This document shows positions 1 to 9,513 of a stretch of 64,000 nucleotides of DNA, piece after piece (the first letter of the stretch is position 1; every line of letters starts with the position of its first letter). Source of the DNA: a virus. The notes beneath the pieces were generated by a model. It was not told where the DNA came from. It ran no database searches and saw only the letters and a program-made list of their open reading frames with translations. Both the position numbers and the translations under genes were made by a program. The stretch lies in IMG/VR virus record IMGVR_UViG_3300020281_001713. One strand, 5' to 3'.

Positions 1-183
1 CCTCCAGAAGACTTTAGCAATGATACGCCTTTTAGCCAACTAGGTAGTGATTCACTACTCATGATGGAACTTGTAATGGAAGTTGAAGATGAATTCGGTT
101 TAGAAATTGACGATGCTACAGTTGAAAACTTACAAACCACAAATGATTTAATTAATTATATACAAGGACAATTAAATGAATAA
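1..183 (+). CDS. acpP: Acyl carrier protein, 5'-truncated by the window edge
   Basis: Frame 1 reads PPEDFSNDTPFSQLGSDSLLMMELVMEVEDEFGLEIDDATVENLQTTNDLINYI. It has the LGxDSL phosphopantetheine motif and the ELVMxxEDEFGxEI helix. Not in the ORF track. Confidence 0.85.
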   Translation, partial: PPEDFSNDTPFSQLGSDSLLMMELVMEVEDEFGLEIDDATVENLQTTNDLINYIQGQLNE

Positions 184-409
184 TACTTACTATGCAACTG
201 AAGCAGAAATTACTTGCACAGGAAATGACAGAGTAGTAACTGCTGAAATCGACAACTTTAAGTTTCAAGATTCATTAACCGCATTTATTGCTACAAATAA
301 AATTCCAATGAAATGGACTGGGCGTGTATATGTTGGAAATGCTCATGGTATGGAATTTACAACTCCTGGACCTAAAGAACTTGCCAAAGCTTTTTCAAGG
401 AGGCGATAA
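176..409 (+). CDS. Hypothetical phage protein
   Basis: 77-aa ORF with AAGGA upstream, overlapping its neighbours. Confidence 0.7.
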   Translation: MNNTYYATEAEITCTGNDRVVTAEIDNFKFQDSLTAFIATNKIPMKWTGRVYVGNAHGMEFTTPGPKELAKAFSRRR

Positions 410-591
410 TGGAACAAGGTCCACTAAAAAGTGCATTAGAAAATACCGAAGGTGTAATTAGTCAAGAACTTGTAACTTTTAGAGTTCGTAACGGACAACT
501 AATTAAAGAAACTGTTACACGAAGATTCAGCAAAGATGATTACCACGATAGTTCTTCATATGAGCCTTTAATAAACTTGGAGGAAAAATAA
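409..591 (+). CDS. Hypothetical protein
   Basis: 60 aa, AGGAGG SD, TAATG coupling. Confidence 0.7.
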   Translation: MEQGPLKSALENTEGVISQELVTFRVRNGQLIKETVTRRFSKDDYHDSSSYEPLINLEEK

Positions 592-776
592 TGCCTATAC
601 CAGAAAAAGTTTTTATACCAGCAGGGAAAGATCCAGGACAATTTCACTTTTATGTAAGTCTAGTCAAAAGTGCAATAAGAATTGGAGCTGGTATTGCATT
701 GATAATGGGCAGTCTAGTTTGGGCAGGCGCATTACTAATTGGTGCAGAAATTTTAGGAATAGTAGAAGAACTGTGA
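591..776 (+). CDS. Small membrane protein
   Basis: 61 aa, GGAGG SD, hydrophobic C-terminal helices. Confidence 0.7.
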   Translation: MPIPEKVFIPAGKDPGQFHFYVSLVKSAIRIGAGIALIMGSLVWAGALLIGAEILGIVEEL

Positions 777-805
777 GAAGTCCTTGGTACACGGAAGGTG
801 ATGGT

Positions 806-1111
806 ATGAACATAGTCAAAGACAAGGTAGCTAAATTAAAAGGAATTCCTACTCGCGAAGTGTTAATGGAGCGATTAGAAAATGAAGTTTTAGAAGTCAC
901 TTTCCTTAAAATTAATGGCGATAAACGTATTATGACTTGTACATTAAAAGATGATATAAAGCCAAAAGCTACCAAAACAGATCCTATGAGCCAAAAGGCT
1001 GTTCGAACAGTATCGGACAAGGTCTGTTCCGTTTGGGACATTAATGCTAAAGGTTGGAGAAGTTTTAGGTACGATAATGTACAGGAAGTGAAAACAGTTG
1101 CAAATGGATAA
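806..1111 (+). CDS. WYL_2/DUF2693-like SH3-fold phage protein
   Basis: Motifs EVTFLKINGDKRIMTCTL and VWDINAKGWRSFR. Start moved to ATG 806, which has GGAAGGTG upstream. Confidence 0.65.
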   Translation: MNIVKDKVAKLKGIPTREVLMERLENEVLEVTFLKINGDKRIMTCTLKDDIKPKATKTDPMSQKAVRTVSDKVCSVWDINAKGWRSFRYDNVQEVKTVANG

Positions 1112-1202
1112 AGAGTGGCAATTATTACTTTTTGGCATGGTAATCATATTTGGAGGTACACTTCTTCTTAATTTTATAGTCCAATTATTGTTGCCCTTAT
1201 AA
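1104..1202 (+). CDS. 32-aa single-pass membrane peptide
   Basis: MDKEWQLLLFGMVIIFGGTLLFNFIVQLLLPL; overlaps the previous stop and fills the gap. Confidence 0.5.
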   Translation: MDKEWQLLLFGMVIIFGGTLLLNFIVQLLLPL

Positions 1203-1208
1203 AAGTGG

Positions 1209-1237
1209 TTGACAATTCCGTTAAATACTGCTATACT
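1209..1237 (+). promoter_or_regulatory. Sigma70-type promoter
   Basis: TTGACA-N17-TATACT with TG extended -10. Confidence 0.8.
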
Positions 1238-1266
1238 ATAGTTAAACTTTAACCAAAGGAGTTATT

Positions 1267-1776
1267 ATGAAGAAACTATTTTTCGGTGTAGCTGGTCTTG
1301 CAATGATGCTAGCTACCACTACCCAAGCGGCAACATTTGTTGTACAGGGTACAGTAACTGATGTTACTCCTAACACAGTTCAAGTCCAAATTCCGGATCA
1401 TCAAAGACAATGTAGCGTGGTTGATGTTCCGATTTATGGAAGTAGCCAACCAAATAATGGTAATGCAATTTTAGGTGCAATTATCGGTGGCGTAATAGGT
1501 AACCAGTTCGGATCAGGGGACGGTAATAAAGCCGCAACTGCCGCAGGTGCCGCAATAGGAGCAGTTAAAGGTTCTCAGATGCAATCAGATAGACCAATTG
1601 TTGGTTATAAAAGAGAAGAACGTTGCCATATGGTTGAGAACTTTCGTTATGAATCAAAAATTAGAGACTATACTGTAAAATATGAGTGGAATGGATACAA
1701 AGGTGCCGTTGTAACTTATAACCAATTCAGTGTAGGAGATAAAATAAATCTAAATATGGATTTAAGAGCCAAATAG
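1267..1776 (+). CDS. Glycine-zipper 2TM exported protein (YcfJ-like)
   Basis: Signal peptide plus GAIIGGVIGNQFGSGDGNKAATAAGAAIGA. Confidence 0.8.
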   Translation: MKKLFFGVAGLAMMLATTTQAATFVVQGTVTDVTPNTVQVQIPDHQRQCSVVDVPIYGSSQPNNGNAILGAIIGGVIGNQFGSGDGNKAATAAGAAIGAVKGSQMQSDRPIVGYKREERCHMVENFRYESKIRDYTVKYEWNGYKGAVVTYNQFSVGDKINLNMDLRAK

Positions 1777-1785
1777 GAGGAGTTA

Positions 1786-1953
1786 TTGGGAAAACGTTTG
1801 ATACCTGGCAAATCACCTAAGGACAAAAAGAAGAATGGAAAGATGTATTCTCATCGCCCAGTAAGAGCAATGAACGCCTACTGGAGCGAAGAGGATCATA
1901 AATGGTATAGCAAGAAGGAGATTGCCAGTGATAATAGAAAAATACCTAATTAA
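1786..1953 (+). CDS. 55-aa basic hypothetical protein
   Basis: TTG start after AGGAGGAG SD; MGKRLIPGKSPKDKKKNGK...; not in the ORF track. Confidence 0.55.
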   Translation: MGKRLIPGKSPKDKKKNGKMYSHRPVRAMNAYWSEEDHKWYSKKEIASDNRKIPN

Positions 1954-2371
1954 AGGATTAGCCGCATGGCTAATATTGAGTGTAAGTACTGCATTCGCAA
2001 ATAATGTAGATGTAGAAATGCTTAACAAAAGAGACGACGGAGCCAAAATGGTTTACAGCCTAGATATTGTAGATGTAGGCGTTGGCGGAACAGTAACTTG
2101 GGTTCCGACAGATAAAGGACATAATGTAGAATTCATTGCCGGGCCCGATACGGCTGTCCTACCAAAAAAAAGCAAAATGAATAAATCATTTAGTCATGAA
2201 TTTGAAGTACCAGGAATTTATTTGTATGTTTGCACTCCTCATAAAGCAATGGGAATGATTGGATTAGTTATTGTAGGCGATAATACAAACAATAAAGATC
2301 AAATAGCAAATGTTAAAATGCCTGGAAAGAGTAAAAGGAGATTGGCAAAATTAATTGCCGATATTAACTAA
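1922..2371 (+). CDS. Pseudoazurin (periplasmic type-1 blue copper protein)
   Basis: Signal peptide, VEMLNK...MVY, GHNVE and CTPHKAMGM give the H/C/H/M copper ligands. The start may be GTG 1928. Confidence 0.9.
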   Translation: MPVIIEKYLIKGLAAWLILSVSTAFANNVDVEMLNKRDDGAKMVYSLDIVDVGVGGTVTWVPTDKGHNVEFIAGPDTAVLPKKSKMNKSFSHEFEVPGIYLYVCTPHKAMGMIGLVIVGDNTNNKDQIANVKMPGKSKRRLAKLIADIN

Positions 2372-2380
2372 GGAGATCTT

Positions 2381-2626
2381 ATGTTAAATGGAACTATTAA
2401 AATTGTAGCTATTATTCTCGGAGTATTATGGACTATTGCCGCAATACCGCCAGTAATTAACACTTACTACTATTTGGACGAATTGTCATGCACAGACGAC
2501 GGATGTGACAATTATGAAATTTGGGATAACGAAGAAGAACTTCTCGGATTACAGAATGAAATAGATATTCTCGAACAACGTCTTGCCGCTTGTACGGCGT
2601 TAGTCGAAGAACGTGTTAAAAAATAA
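2381..2626 (+). CDS. Membrane-anchored coiled-coil protein
   Basis: N-terminal TM helix, AAGGAG SD. Confidence 0.6.
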   Translation: MLNGTIKIVAIILGVLWTIAAIPPVINTYYYLDELSCTDDGCDNYEIWDNEEELLGLQNEIDILEQRLAACTALVEERVKK

Positions 2627-2814
2627 TGCAATTTGTATGGGTTTTATTATTAACAGTTTGCAATGGCAGTGATTGTATTAGCCAAAAAGTAGGCTTTTAC
2701 CAAGACGAACGACAATGTAAAGTGTTCCAAAAAGAGCATGAAGCATTACCGCAAGATGGTGATTGGAGCTCAGTCACTTATCATTGTCGTCCAAAAAATA
2801 GCAAATCTACCTAA
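2626..2814 (+). CDS. Small exported Cys-containing protein
   Basis: Hydrophobic N-terminus, 4 Cys, TAATG coupling. Confidence 0.6.
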   Translation: MQFVWVLLLTVCNGSDCISQKVGFYQDERQCKVFQKEHEALPQDGDWSSVTYHCRPKNSKST

Positions 2815-2822
2815 ATTTCTGG

Positions 2823-2863
2823 TTGACAAACTCTAGATAGATGCTATACTATATGTATAGTTA
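2823..2863 (+). promoter_or_regulatory. Sigma70-type early promoter, repeated cassette copy 1
   Basis: TTGACA-N16-TATACT; 27 nt identical to 12409-12435. Confidence 0.8.
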
Positions 2864-2884
2864 ATAGAAACAGAGGGCGATACA

Positions 2885-3406
2885 ATGGCAGATATTTGGG
2901 TTATAAGTGATACTCATTTCAATCACGAAGCTATTCTCACTTTCAAAGATTATGCTGGTAAGCCTCCAAGGAATGGTTTTATTGATGTTGATCACATGAA
3001 TGAAACTATGTTGGATAACTGGGCAGATGTTGTAAAGCCTAACGATACTATCATTCATTGTGGAGATGTATTGTTTGGACATAACAAATTAGATTGGTTA
3101 CATTCAAACTTTGCAAAGTTACCTGGGAAGAAAAGACTTGTTCTTGGCAACCATGATAACTTAAAGTTTCTTGCTCCATTCTTTAAAGATGTTCAAATGT
3201 GGATTGATATGAGCGACATAGGTTTGTTGTTTAGTCATACTCCACAACATGCTAGTACACTTGCTGAGTCACATAGGTTTGGTGACAAGCCTATATTGAA
3301 CGTGCATGGACACATTCACAGTAATCCTTCACCAGAAGGCCCATACAAATGTGTTTGTGTTGAGCAAATCAATTACACTCCTATTAATATTGAGGAGTTG
3401 ATATGA
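2885..3406 (+). CDS. Calcineurin-like metallophosphoesterase
   Basis: SDTHF, GD, GNHD, SH and HGHIH motifs. Confidence 0.9.
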   Translation: MADIWVISDTHFNHEAILTFKDYAGKPPRNGFIDVDHMNETMLDNWADVVKPNDTIIHCGDVLFGHNKLDWLHSNFAKLPGKKRLVLGNHDNLKFLAPFFKDVQMWIDMSDIGLLFSHTPQHASTLAESHRFGDKPILNVHGHIHSNPSPEGPYKCVCVEQINYTPINIEELI

Positions 3407-3627
3407 GCAAGTTCAAAGAAAAATATTTAGTACCTACTGTCTTTCGTCCTAACGGGCATTGGATGGTAGGTACTATCTGGCCTGTTAAAGGGTCAAAGGG
3501 AAATGAATATAGTGTTGAATTACACGATAAAGGATTTAATTGTGATTGTCCAGGATTTACATTTAGGGGTTCCTGCAAACATTCGCAAGCAATATTAAAA
3601 AAAGTAGAGGGAGTAATGGAATGGTAA
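3403..3627 (+). CDS. SWIM zinc-finger protein
   Basis: CDCPGFTFRGSCKH (CxC...CKH). Confidence 0.8.
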   Translation: MSKFKEKYLVPTVFRPNGHWMVGTIWPVKGSKGNEYSVELHDKGFNCDCPGFTFRGSCKHSQAILKKVEGVMEW

Positions 3628-4949
3628 GAACACAACCACAAGCAATAATTGATAAACTAGAAGCTGATAACAGTCGTCTTGCTAAAGAAGCAGTTATCCA
3701 AGAAGCAATGGACGAAGGCCTTGATGAATTTTTTGATGGCGTTCGAATGGCTCTTGATCCGCTTGTTACTTTTGGAGTAAAGCAAGTTCCTGAAAAAGAA
3801 GAAAATGAAGTTTTATCTGCACAAGGATTAAGTTGGGAAAACTTTAAAGCCCTCGCTGATAAATTACATAATCGCGAGTTAACAGGACATGCGGCTCGTG
3901 ATGCAATTATTTTACAAATGAATGTTGCGACAGCAGAACAATGGAATAAATTTTATCGTAGAATTTTGATAAAAGATTTACGTTGTGGCGTAAGCGAGAA
4001 AACTGTGAACAAAATTGCTAAAAAGTTTCCGCAATACAAGGTTCCTACATTTACTTGCCAACTAGCACATGATAGTGCTAATCATGAAAAGAAAATGATT
4101 GGACAGAAGCAGATTGAGATAAAACTTGATGGCGTAAGGGTTGTTACAATTATACAAGGTAACAAAGTTGAAATGTTTAGTCGTAACGGTAAGCAGTTTC
4201 ATAACTTTGGACATATTATTGCAGAAATTGAAACAGTTCTCAAAGATCATCCATCTCCTTATCCACTGGTATTAGATGGCGAAGTAATGAGTGCGAACTT
4301 CCAAGACCTTATGAAGCAAGTACATCGTAAAGATGGAAAGCAGTCTACTGATGCAGTCTTACATTTATTTGATATGATTCCATTAGCAGACTTCCAAAAA
4401 GGTAGCTGGGATAAGCCACAACACATAAGAAGCCAATATGTAAGATCTTGGGTCGAAAAGCATGCTGATGTTTTAGATCATGTACAAGCATTAGACTGGG
4501 AGGATGTAGACCTAAGTACTACTGAAGGCGAAAAACGCTTTGTAGAGCTTAATAAAGCGGCTGTAGACGGTGGTTATGAAGGTGTTATGATAAAAGATAT
4601 CGATGCTCCATACGAATGTAAAAGAAGCCATGCTTGGTTAAAAGCAAAACCATTTATAGAGGTTACATTAGAAGTAACAGATGTTGAAGAAGGGACTGGA
4701 AGAAATGAAGGTAGATTGGGAGCCGTTGTATGCTCTGGGACGGATGATGGCAAGGATATACGTGTCAACGTTGGTAGTGGCTTTACGGATGATAACAGAA
4801 CCAGTTTTTGGTCTGATCGCGATGCTCTTATTGGTCAGCTTGTTGAGGTTAGGGCAGATGCAGTAACACAAAATCAAGACGGAACTTACAGTTTACGTTT
4901 TCCACGTTTCAAAACATTTAGAGGATTTGAGCCAGGAGAAAAATTGTGA
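3621..4949 (+). CDS. lig: ATP-dependent DNA ligase
   Basis: KLDGVR adenylation motif, LDGE, EGVMIK, WLKAK, SLRFPRF. Confidence 0.95.
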   Translation: MVRTQPQAIIDKLEADNSRLAKEAVIQEAMDEGLDEFFDGVRMALDPLVTFGVKQVPEKEENEVLSAQGLSWENFKALADKLHNRELTGHAARDAIILQMNVATAEQWNKFYRRILIKDLRCGVSEKTVNKIAKKFPQYKVPTFTCQLAHDSANHEKKMIGQKQIEIKLDGVRVVTIIQGNKVEMFSRNGKQFHNFGHIIAEIETVLKDHPSPYPLVLDGEVMSANFQDLMKQVHRKDGKQSTDAVLHLFDMIPLADFQKGSWDKPQHIRSQYVRSWVEKHADVLDHVQALDWEDVDLSTTEGEKRFVELNKAAVDGGYEGVMIKDIDAPYECKRSHAWLKAKPFIEVTLEVTDVEEGTGRNEGRLGAVVCSGTDDGKDIRVNVGSGFTDDNRTSFWSDRDALIGQLVEVRADAVTQNQDGTYSLRFPRFKTFRGFEPGEKL

Positions 4950-5296
4950 AGAAGATAGGTTTTTGGATTTATGATTTATATAACTTTTTCTTTAGTTTAA
5001 AAATAAATCCATTACGTCATATTCCAAACGAACTAACGCAATTTATTTTAATGTTCTATCTAAGTGTTATGTGGACAGCGGTATTCACGATATGGGTAGG
5101 TGGCACTATATACTTTGGTATAGGAAGTGTAGGAGCACACTTAGTAGTTTTATTTGCGTTCTTTTTTACAGCTCTTTTATTTCGTGATGCAGAAAAGAAT
5201 GGCCATTTATGGGTAAAAAGAGATTACAAACCAAAGCCAAAATATTATGAAGCAGATAAAAATAAGTGTATTTGGGATTTAGAAAGAGAAGGTTAA
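4946..5296 (+). CDS. Membrane protein, paralog of 5693-6052
   Basis: NPLRHIP followed by 2 TM helices. Confidence 0.7.
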   Translation: MKKIGFWIYDLYNFFFSLKINPLRHIPNELTQFILMFYLSVMWTAVFTIWVGGTIYFGIGSVGAHLVVLFAFFFTALLFRDAEKNGHLWVKRDYKPKPKYYEADKNKCIWDLEREG

Positions 5297-5691
5297 TGAG
5301 AGAAGACTTAATGGTACAACAACAGGTTTCATCGGTATGGCAACATATGGTCGGTGTGATCTGTCTTAATCAAACAAGTAGGCATCAAGTAAAAAGGGTA
5401 CTGCCTGAACTATTTAAAAATTGTCCTACTCCTGAATTATTCCTAAAAACTGCTCCTAGTTTACTCAAAGAAATACTAAAACCGCTAGGAATGGTTAACG
5501 TAAGGGAAAAACGTATTCGCCAAATGTCTAAAGATTATTTGACATGGGATGGTGAAGATGCTACCAAACTATATGGCATAGGAAAGTATGGTAGTGATAG
5601 CTATCGGTTGTTTTATAAAAATGAAATACCCGAAAATGTTTCAGACCATGAACTGAAAAGATACATAAAAGAAGAGCTGAAAGGAAGTTAA
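5296..5691 (+). CDS. HhH-GPD DNA glycosylase, MBD4-like
   Basis: WQHMVGVICLNQT, LKPLGM and LYGIGKYGSDSYRLF. Likely start is ATG 5296 (TAATG). Confidence 0.85.
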   Translation: MREDLMVQQQVSSVWQHMVGVICLNQTSRHQVKRVLPELFKNCPTPELFLKTAPSLLKEILKPLGMVNVREKRIRQMSKDYLTWDGEDATKLYGIGKYGSDSYRLFYKNEIPENVSDHELKRYIKEELKGS

Positions 5692-5692
5692 A

Positions 5693-6052
5693 ATGAGAGT
5701 ATGGGTTTACGATTGTTGGAATAGTGTTATGAATTACGAAAGAAATCCTTTAAAACACATTCCTGATTTACATGCAAGACATATGATTATGCAAATTTTA
5801 GCATGGATATGGTGCATTGCGTTTAGTTTGTACCTTGGAAGTTTTGTAGTGTTTGGTATCAGTGCAGTCGCACATGTGGCTCTTCTCGGAGCAATAGTAA
5901 TTACTGTCGGCACATTCGAAACTGCAAAGAGAGCGCCGGGTGTGTTCGAATTTAAAAAAGGATATCATACGCCTAGCAGAGGACGAGCTATATATGTTGA
6001 CGGGGAACGCATTGAGTTACCAAAAGGCGACTCAGGCGGAGAACACGACTAA
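5693..6052 (+). CDS. Membrane protein, paralog of 4946-5296
   Basis: NPLKHIP followed by 2 TM helices. Confidence 0.7.
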   Translation: MRVWVYDCWNSVMNYERNPLKHIPDLHARHMIMQILAWIWCIAFSLYLGSFVVFGISAVAHVALLGAIVITVGTFETAKRAPGVFEFKKGYHTPSRGRAIYVDGERIELPKGDSGGEHD

Positions 6053-6062
6053 TCAAAAAAGA

Positions 6063-6091
6063 TTGACATTTTAGACAAACGACTATATAGT
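6063..6091 (+). promoter_or_regulatory. Sigma70-type promoter
   Basis: TTGACA-N17-TATAGT. Confidence 0.7.
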
Positions 6092-6123
6092 AGTGATAAC
6101 AAAACAAATCATGGGTGACAGCA

Positions 6124-7425
6124 ATGAGTCTAAAAAATATAAAGACGACAAAAAGGAAGAAACCTAGACGGTCGTCTAGAATTACCAAAAGTGCAAAATC
6201 AATGGTCCCTGTGTGGGATGGTTGGGAAGAGTGGGATGGTCAAAAGTTTCATCGATTTAAAACTAGTTCCCAAAGTTGGTTTTATCAAACATTCAAACAT
6301 ACAGAATTGCACCCTCATCTATTTAATTGGATGTTGAAAAATGATTATACTAAAAAAGATGTGCAAGCTTGTAAAGCATTGCCTAATTGGAAATTATCCA
6401 CTAACGTCTGTATAAATGCAAAAATGTTGCTAGATGGTATGCCAGACTTCAACAAAAAAGAAGATGAATATTGGCAATCACTAGCTGGCACAATGGGGGA
6501 AGTTAGACCTGTTACAGTACACATGAAAAAATCTATCCAGGAATGGATAGAAGAAGGTTCTACACTACTTAAAAATAAAAAAGTCGAAGAAAAGAAAAAA
6601 GCAGATGTATATGTTCCTAGTATTCAAGAACGTATAAGAGAGCAAGCTTCAATGGCTTCCGAAGACATTGATGTTTGGTTAGATGAATTTGTTACTAATA
6701 AAGATGGATTTGATCCAAAAGGATTCGACTTCAAAAGGCACTTTCAACAAAAAGGTGTAACACAAGCACATGCACGTAAAATAATTAAATTTTATGAGGG
6801 CGAACTAGAAGAATTTAGAGACTTACTAAAGATTCCTACTGCAAGCCAACTATCTAAAATGGATGAAAAAGATGCTGACTGGTGGGAACAATTAAAAGAA
6901 GGTTATTCGCATCTTAGCAAAAAAGATGTACAAAAGTTTATCTCTGCACTAGAATCGCTTGTAGAAGCTTGTAATTACGTTATAGACACCAGCAAAGCTA
7001 CACGTAAGCCTCGTAAGACTAAACCTAAGAGTGCTGACAAGTTAGTTGAGAAACTTAAATTTGCAAAAACTAATGACAAGTATAAACTTGCAAGTATAGT
7101 ACCAACTGAAATAGTAGGCGCTAATGAGCTTTGGGTTTTTAATGTAAAAACACGTAAAATAGGCAAGTATATTGCAAGCAATATAGACCCACAAGGTATG
7201 AAAAGAGCTGGTTCTGGTTTAAGTGTTAAAGGGACTACAATACAAGGATTTCATGAAGAAAATAGTATACAAAAAACCTTACGTAAGCCTGATGAACAAC
7301 TAAAAGAGTTTAAAGGTGCAGGAAAAGTTGCACTTAGAAAGTTCTTAGATGAAATTAAAACCACAGATACAAAGCTTAATGGGCGTATTAATCTGGACAC
7401 AATACTATTAAAGGTATCTGGATAA
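6124..7425 (+). CDS. Hypothetical phage protein, Lys-rich
   Basis: Long ORF; likely ATG start at 6124 (the track starts at GTG 6115). Confidence 0.75.
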   Translation: MSLKNIKTTKRKKPRRSSRITKSAKSMVPVWDGWEEWDGQKFHRFKTSSQSWFYQTFKHTELHPHLFNWMLKNDYTKKDVQACKALPNWKLSTNVCINAKMLLDGMPDFNKKEDEYWQSLAGTMGEVRPVTVHMKKSIQEWIEEGSTLLKNKKVEEKKKADVYVPSIQERIREQASMASEDIDVWLDEFVTNKDGFDPKGFDFKRHFQQKGVTQAHARKIIKFYEGELEEFRDLLKIPTASQLSKMDEKDADWWEQLKEGYSHLSKKDVQKFISALESLVEACNYVIDTSKATRKPRKTKPKSADKLVEKLKFAKTNDKYKLASIVPTEIVGANELWVFNVKTRKIGKYIASNIDPQGMKRAGSGLSVKGTTIQGFHEENSIQKTLRKPDEQLKEFKGAGKVALRKFLDEIKTTDTKLNGRINLDTILLKVSG

Positions 7426-7428
7426 ATA
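7421..7428 (+). promoter_or_regulatory. T4-like late promoter, 5 nt before the ATG
   Basis: GATAAATA-TTAGT-ATG; the motif recurs before structural genes. Confidence 0.65.
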
Positions 7429-7433
7429 TTAGT

Positions 7434-8537
7434 ATGAGCACAGATATGCAAAAAATTACTGATAGTCTATCATCACTTGCTACTGCAATACAAGAGCTAG
7501 CAAATGATAGTCCTACTGAGATAGAAATTAATGACCGTAGTCTAAGCGGCAATAAAATACATGGCGGAATGATAACAAAGTTCCAAAGTAAAGGAATCAA
7601 AGACGAAAGCACTAAAGATAAAGTACTTGTTAATGATTTAGGCTTACATGTAGATAACATTTCAGTTGAAAGTATTTTAAACCCTGTAACTATCAAAGGA
7701 GATTTGAACGTTGAGGGTAATATCACTGCTACAAAATTACACGTAAATGAAATCACAGCAGATATACGTCATGAACGCACTAGTCCCTTAGAGTTTGTTT
7801 CAGAAGGCGATGCTGGCATCTACGGTAAAGGCTTACAATGGCGTGGAGACGGTCCTACAAAACAATTTGTTTATAGGGGCAATCCAGATAGAATTTGGAC
7901 AACTGAAAGTATAGACTTAAACTCAGGTTGTAGTTTATATATTGATAGTGTACCAGTCCTTAGTGAAAAAGAACTTGGTAGTACAATTAGTAAGAGTAGC
8001 TTAACAACTGTAGGTACTCTTAATAATTTACAAACCTCAAATGATCTTTGTATTGATGGCTGGATATATTATGAATCTGATTCAAATAGATTAGGTATAG
8101 GAACAGAAGCTCCAAATGCTCAATTAAGTATTGTAAGTTTAGAATCTGAATTTATTGTAGATTGCGAAACATCTAGCACAAGAATAGGCAATTGGACAAC
8201 TGATAATTTAGATATTGTTACGGACAACACAACTAGGATTACTATAAACGCCCATGGCGATATTGTTTTAGGTACTAACAATGAAACTAAAACAAAAGTA
8301 GTAGGTAAACTTGGTATTAATGTAAACAATCCATCAAATGACATTGAAACATCTGGTCCTGTAAAGTTTCAAGGGAAAAAGTTTGAAACAGGTATAGCTA
8401 TACCAACAAGCGGGTTATACAATATTGGCGACATTGTATGGAACCAATCACCAACGCCAACTGGATACGTAGGATGGATTTGTGTTCGTGAGGGGTCTCC
8501 AGGAGAATGGAAACCTTTCGGTCAAATTAACGTTTGA
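7434..8537 (+). CDS. Putative virion or tail-fibre-like protein
   Basis: Beta-rich repeats (RLGIGTEAP, KLGINVNNP); C-terminal GDIVWNQSP..GYVGWIC...G.WKPFG. Confidence 0.65.
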   Translation: MSTDMQKITDSLSSLATAIQELANDSPTEIEINDRSLSGNKIHGGMITKFQSKGIKDESTKDKVLVNDLGLHVDNISVESILNPVTIKGDLNVEGNITATKLHVNEITADIRHERTSPLEFVSEGDAGIYGKGLQWRGDGPTKQFVYRGNPDRIWTTESIDLNSGCSLYIDSVPVLSEKELGSTISKSSLTTVGTLNNLQTSNDLCIDGWIYYESDSNRLGIGTEAPNAQLSIVSLESEFIVDCETSSTRIGNWTTDNLDIVTDNTTRITINAHGDIVLGTNNETKTKVVGKLGINVNNPSNDIETSGPVKFQGKKFETGIAIPTSGLYNIGDIVWNQSPTPTGYVGWICVREGSPGEWKPFGQINV

Positions 8538-8566
8538 TCAGCATCCCTAAATTATAAGAGAGTTAG

Positions 8567-8890
8567 ATGGTAAAAAAGAATGTTCGCCATAAAAATAATT
8601 ATGTGAAATCGAAAGTTGCAAGATGGGATATGTTTGCAAGGTTTATACCTATATCTCTTTTGTGCTTAAATATTTTCTTAGTAACTTTTAATTACGTAGA
8701 TTTTGAAAATGCATTTTGGATAACAATGGCCTTAGCGTCAGTTATAAGTTGTGTGTGGTGGGTATGGACTATTACAACTATTAGACTTGTTAGAACTACC
8801 CTAAAGAGTGCAGAAGATAGTCTACTAGAAGTAAAAACAGAAGTAAAAGATGTCATAGAAGACGTAAAAGATTTCCGTCAGCGTCCTTAA
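8567..8890 (+). CDS. Membrane protein with 2 TM helices and a coiled coil
   Basis: Hydrophobicity pattern. Confidence 0.6.
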   Translation: MVKKNVRHKNNYVKSKVARWDMFARFIPISLLCLNIFLVTFNYVDFENAFWITMALASVISCVWWVWTITTIRLVRTTLKSAEDSLLEVKTEVKDVIEDVKDFRQRP

Positions 8891-8903
8891 AGATATATAC
8901 AAT

Positions 8904-9491
8904 ATGTTAGTAATAGGCAACGGTGAAAGCCGTAAAGATATCAATATCTCAAATATCAATATGAAAAAGGTTGGATGTAATGCTATACATAGAGATCACT
9001 ATGTAGATCATCTAATCTGTGTTGATCGTCGGATGGTTCAAGAAGCTGTGGATAACCGGTATCATCAAAATAGCAAAATATATACTAGACAGGATTGGTT
9101 TAATTATTTTGCTCAAAAGAAGAATATAAGAATGGTTCCAGATTTACCTTTTACAGGATTTGAAAGATGGGATACACCTTGGCATTGGGGTGCTGGTCCT
9201 TATGCTGTATTAGTTGCAACGAAGCACTCAGACAAAATACATTTGCTTGGGTTTGATTTATATAGTAAAGACCAGTTTATCAACAACATCTATAAGGACA
9301 CTGCTAATTACAATATAGCTACTAAAAGAGCAGTTGATCCTAGCTATTGGATACATCAAATTGGTAGACTTTTTAAACACTATAAGGACAAAAAGTTTAT
9401 TATACATCAAGAAGAAGATTGGATTTTGCCAAAAGAATGGACACATAGCAATGTATCGGTTGACATTTTAGTTAATCTATATTATAATTAG
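8904..9491 (+). CDS. Rossmann-like putative glycosyl/nucleotidyl-transferase
   Basis: VIGNGESR, GCNA..RD, IHLLGFD. Confidence 0.55.
   Translation: MLVIGNGESRKDINISNINMKKVGCNAIHRDHYVDHLICVDRRMVQEAVDNRYHQNSKIYTRQDWFNYFAQKKNIRMVPDLPFTGFERWDTPWHWGAGPYAVLVATKHSDKIHLLGFDLYSKDQFINNIYKDTANYNIATKRAVDPSYWIHQIGRLFKHYKDKKFIIHQEEDWILPKEWTHSNVSVDILVNLYYN
9460..9488 (+). promoter_or_regulatory. Consensus sigma70 promoter for queD
   Basis: TTGACA-N17-TATAAT inside the 3' end of the upstream CDS. Confidence 0.85.
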
Positions 9492-9513
9492 AAGTATAAC
9501 AAGAGGTAAATGT

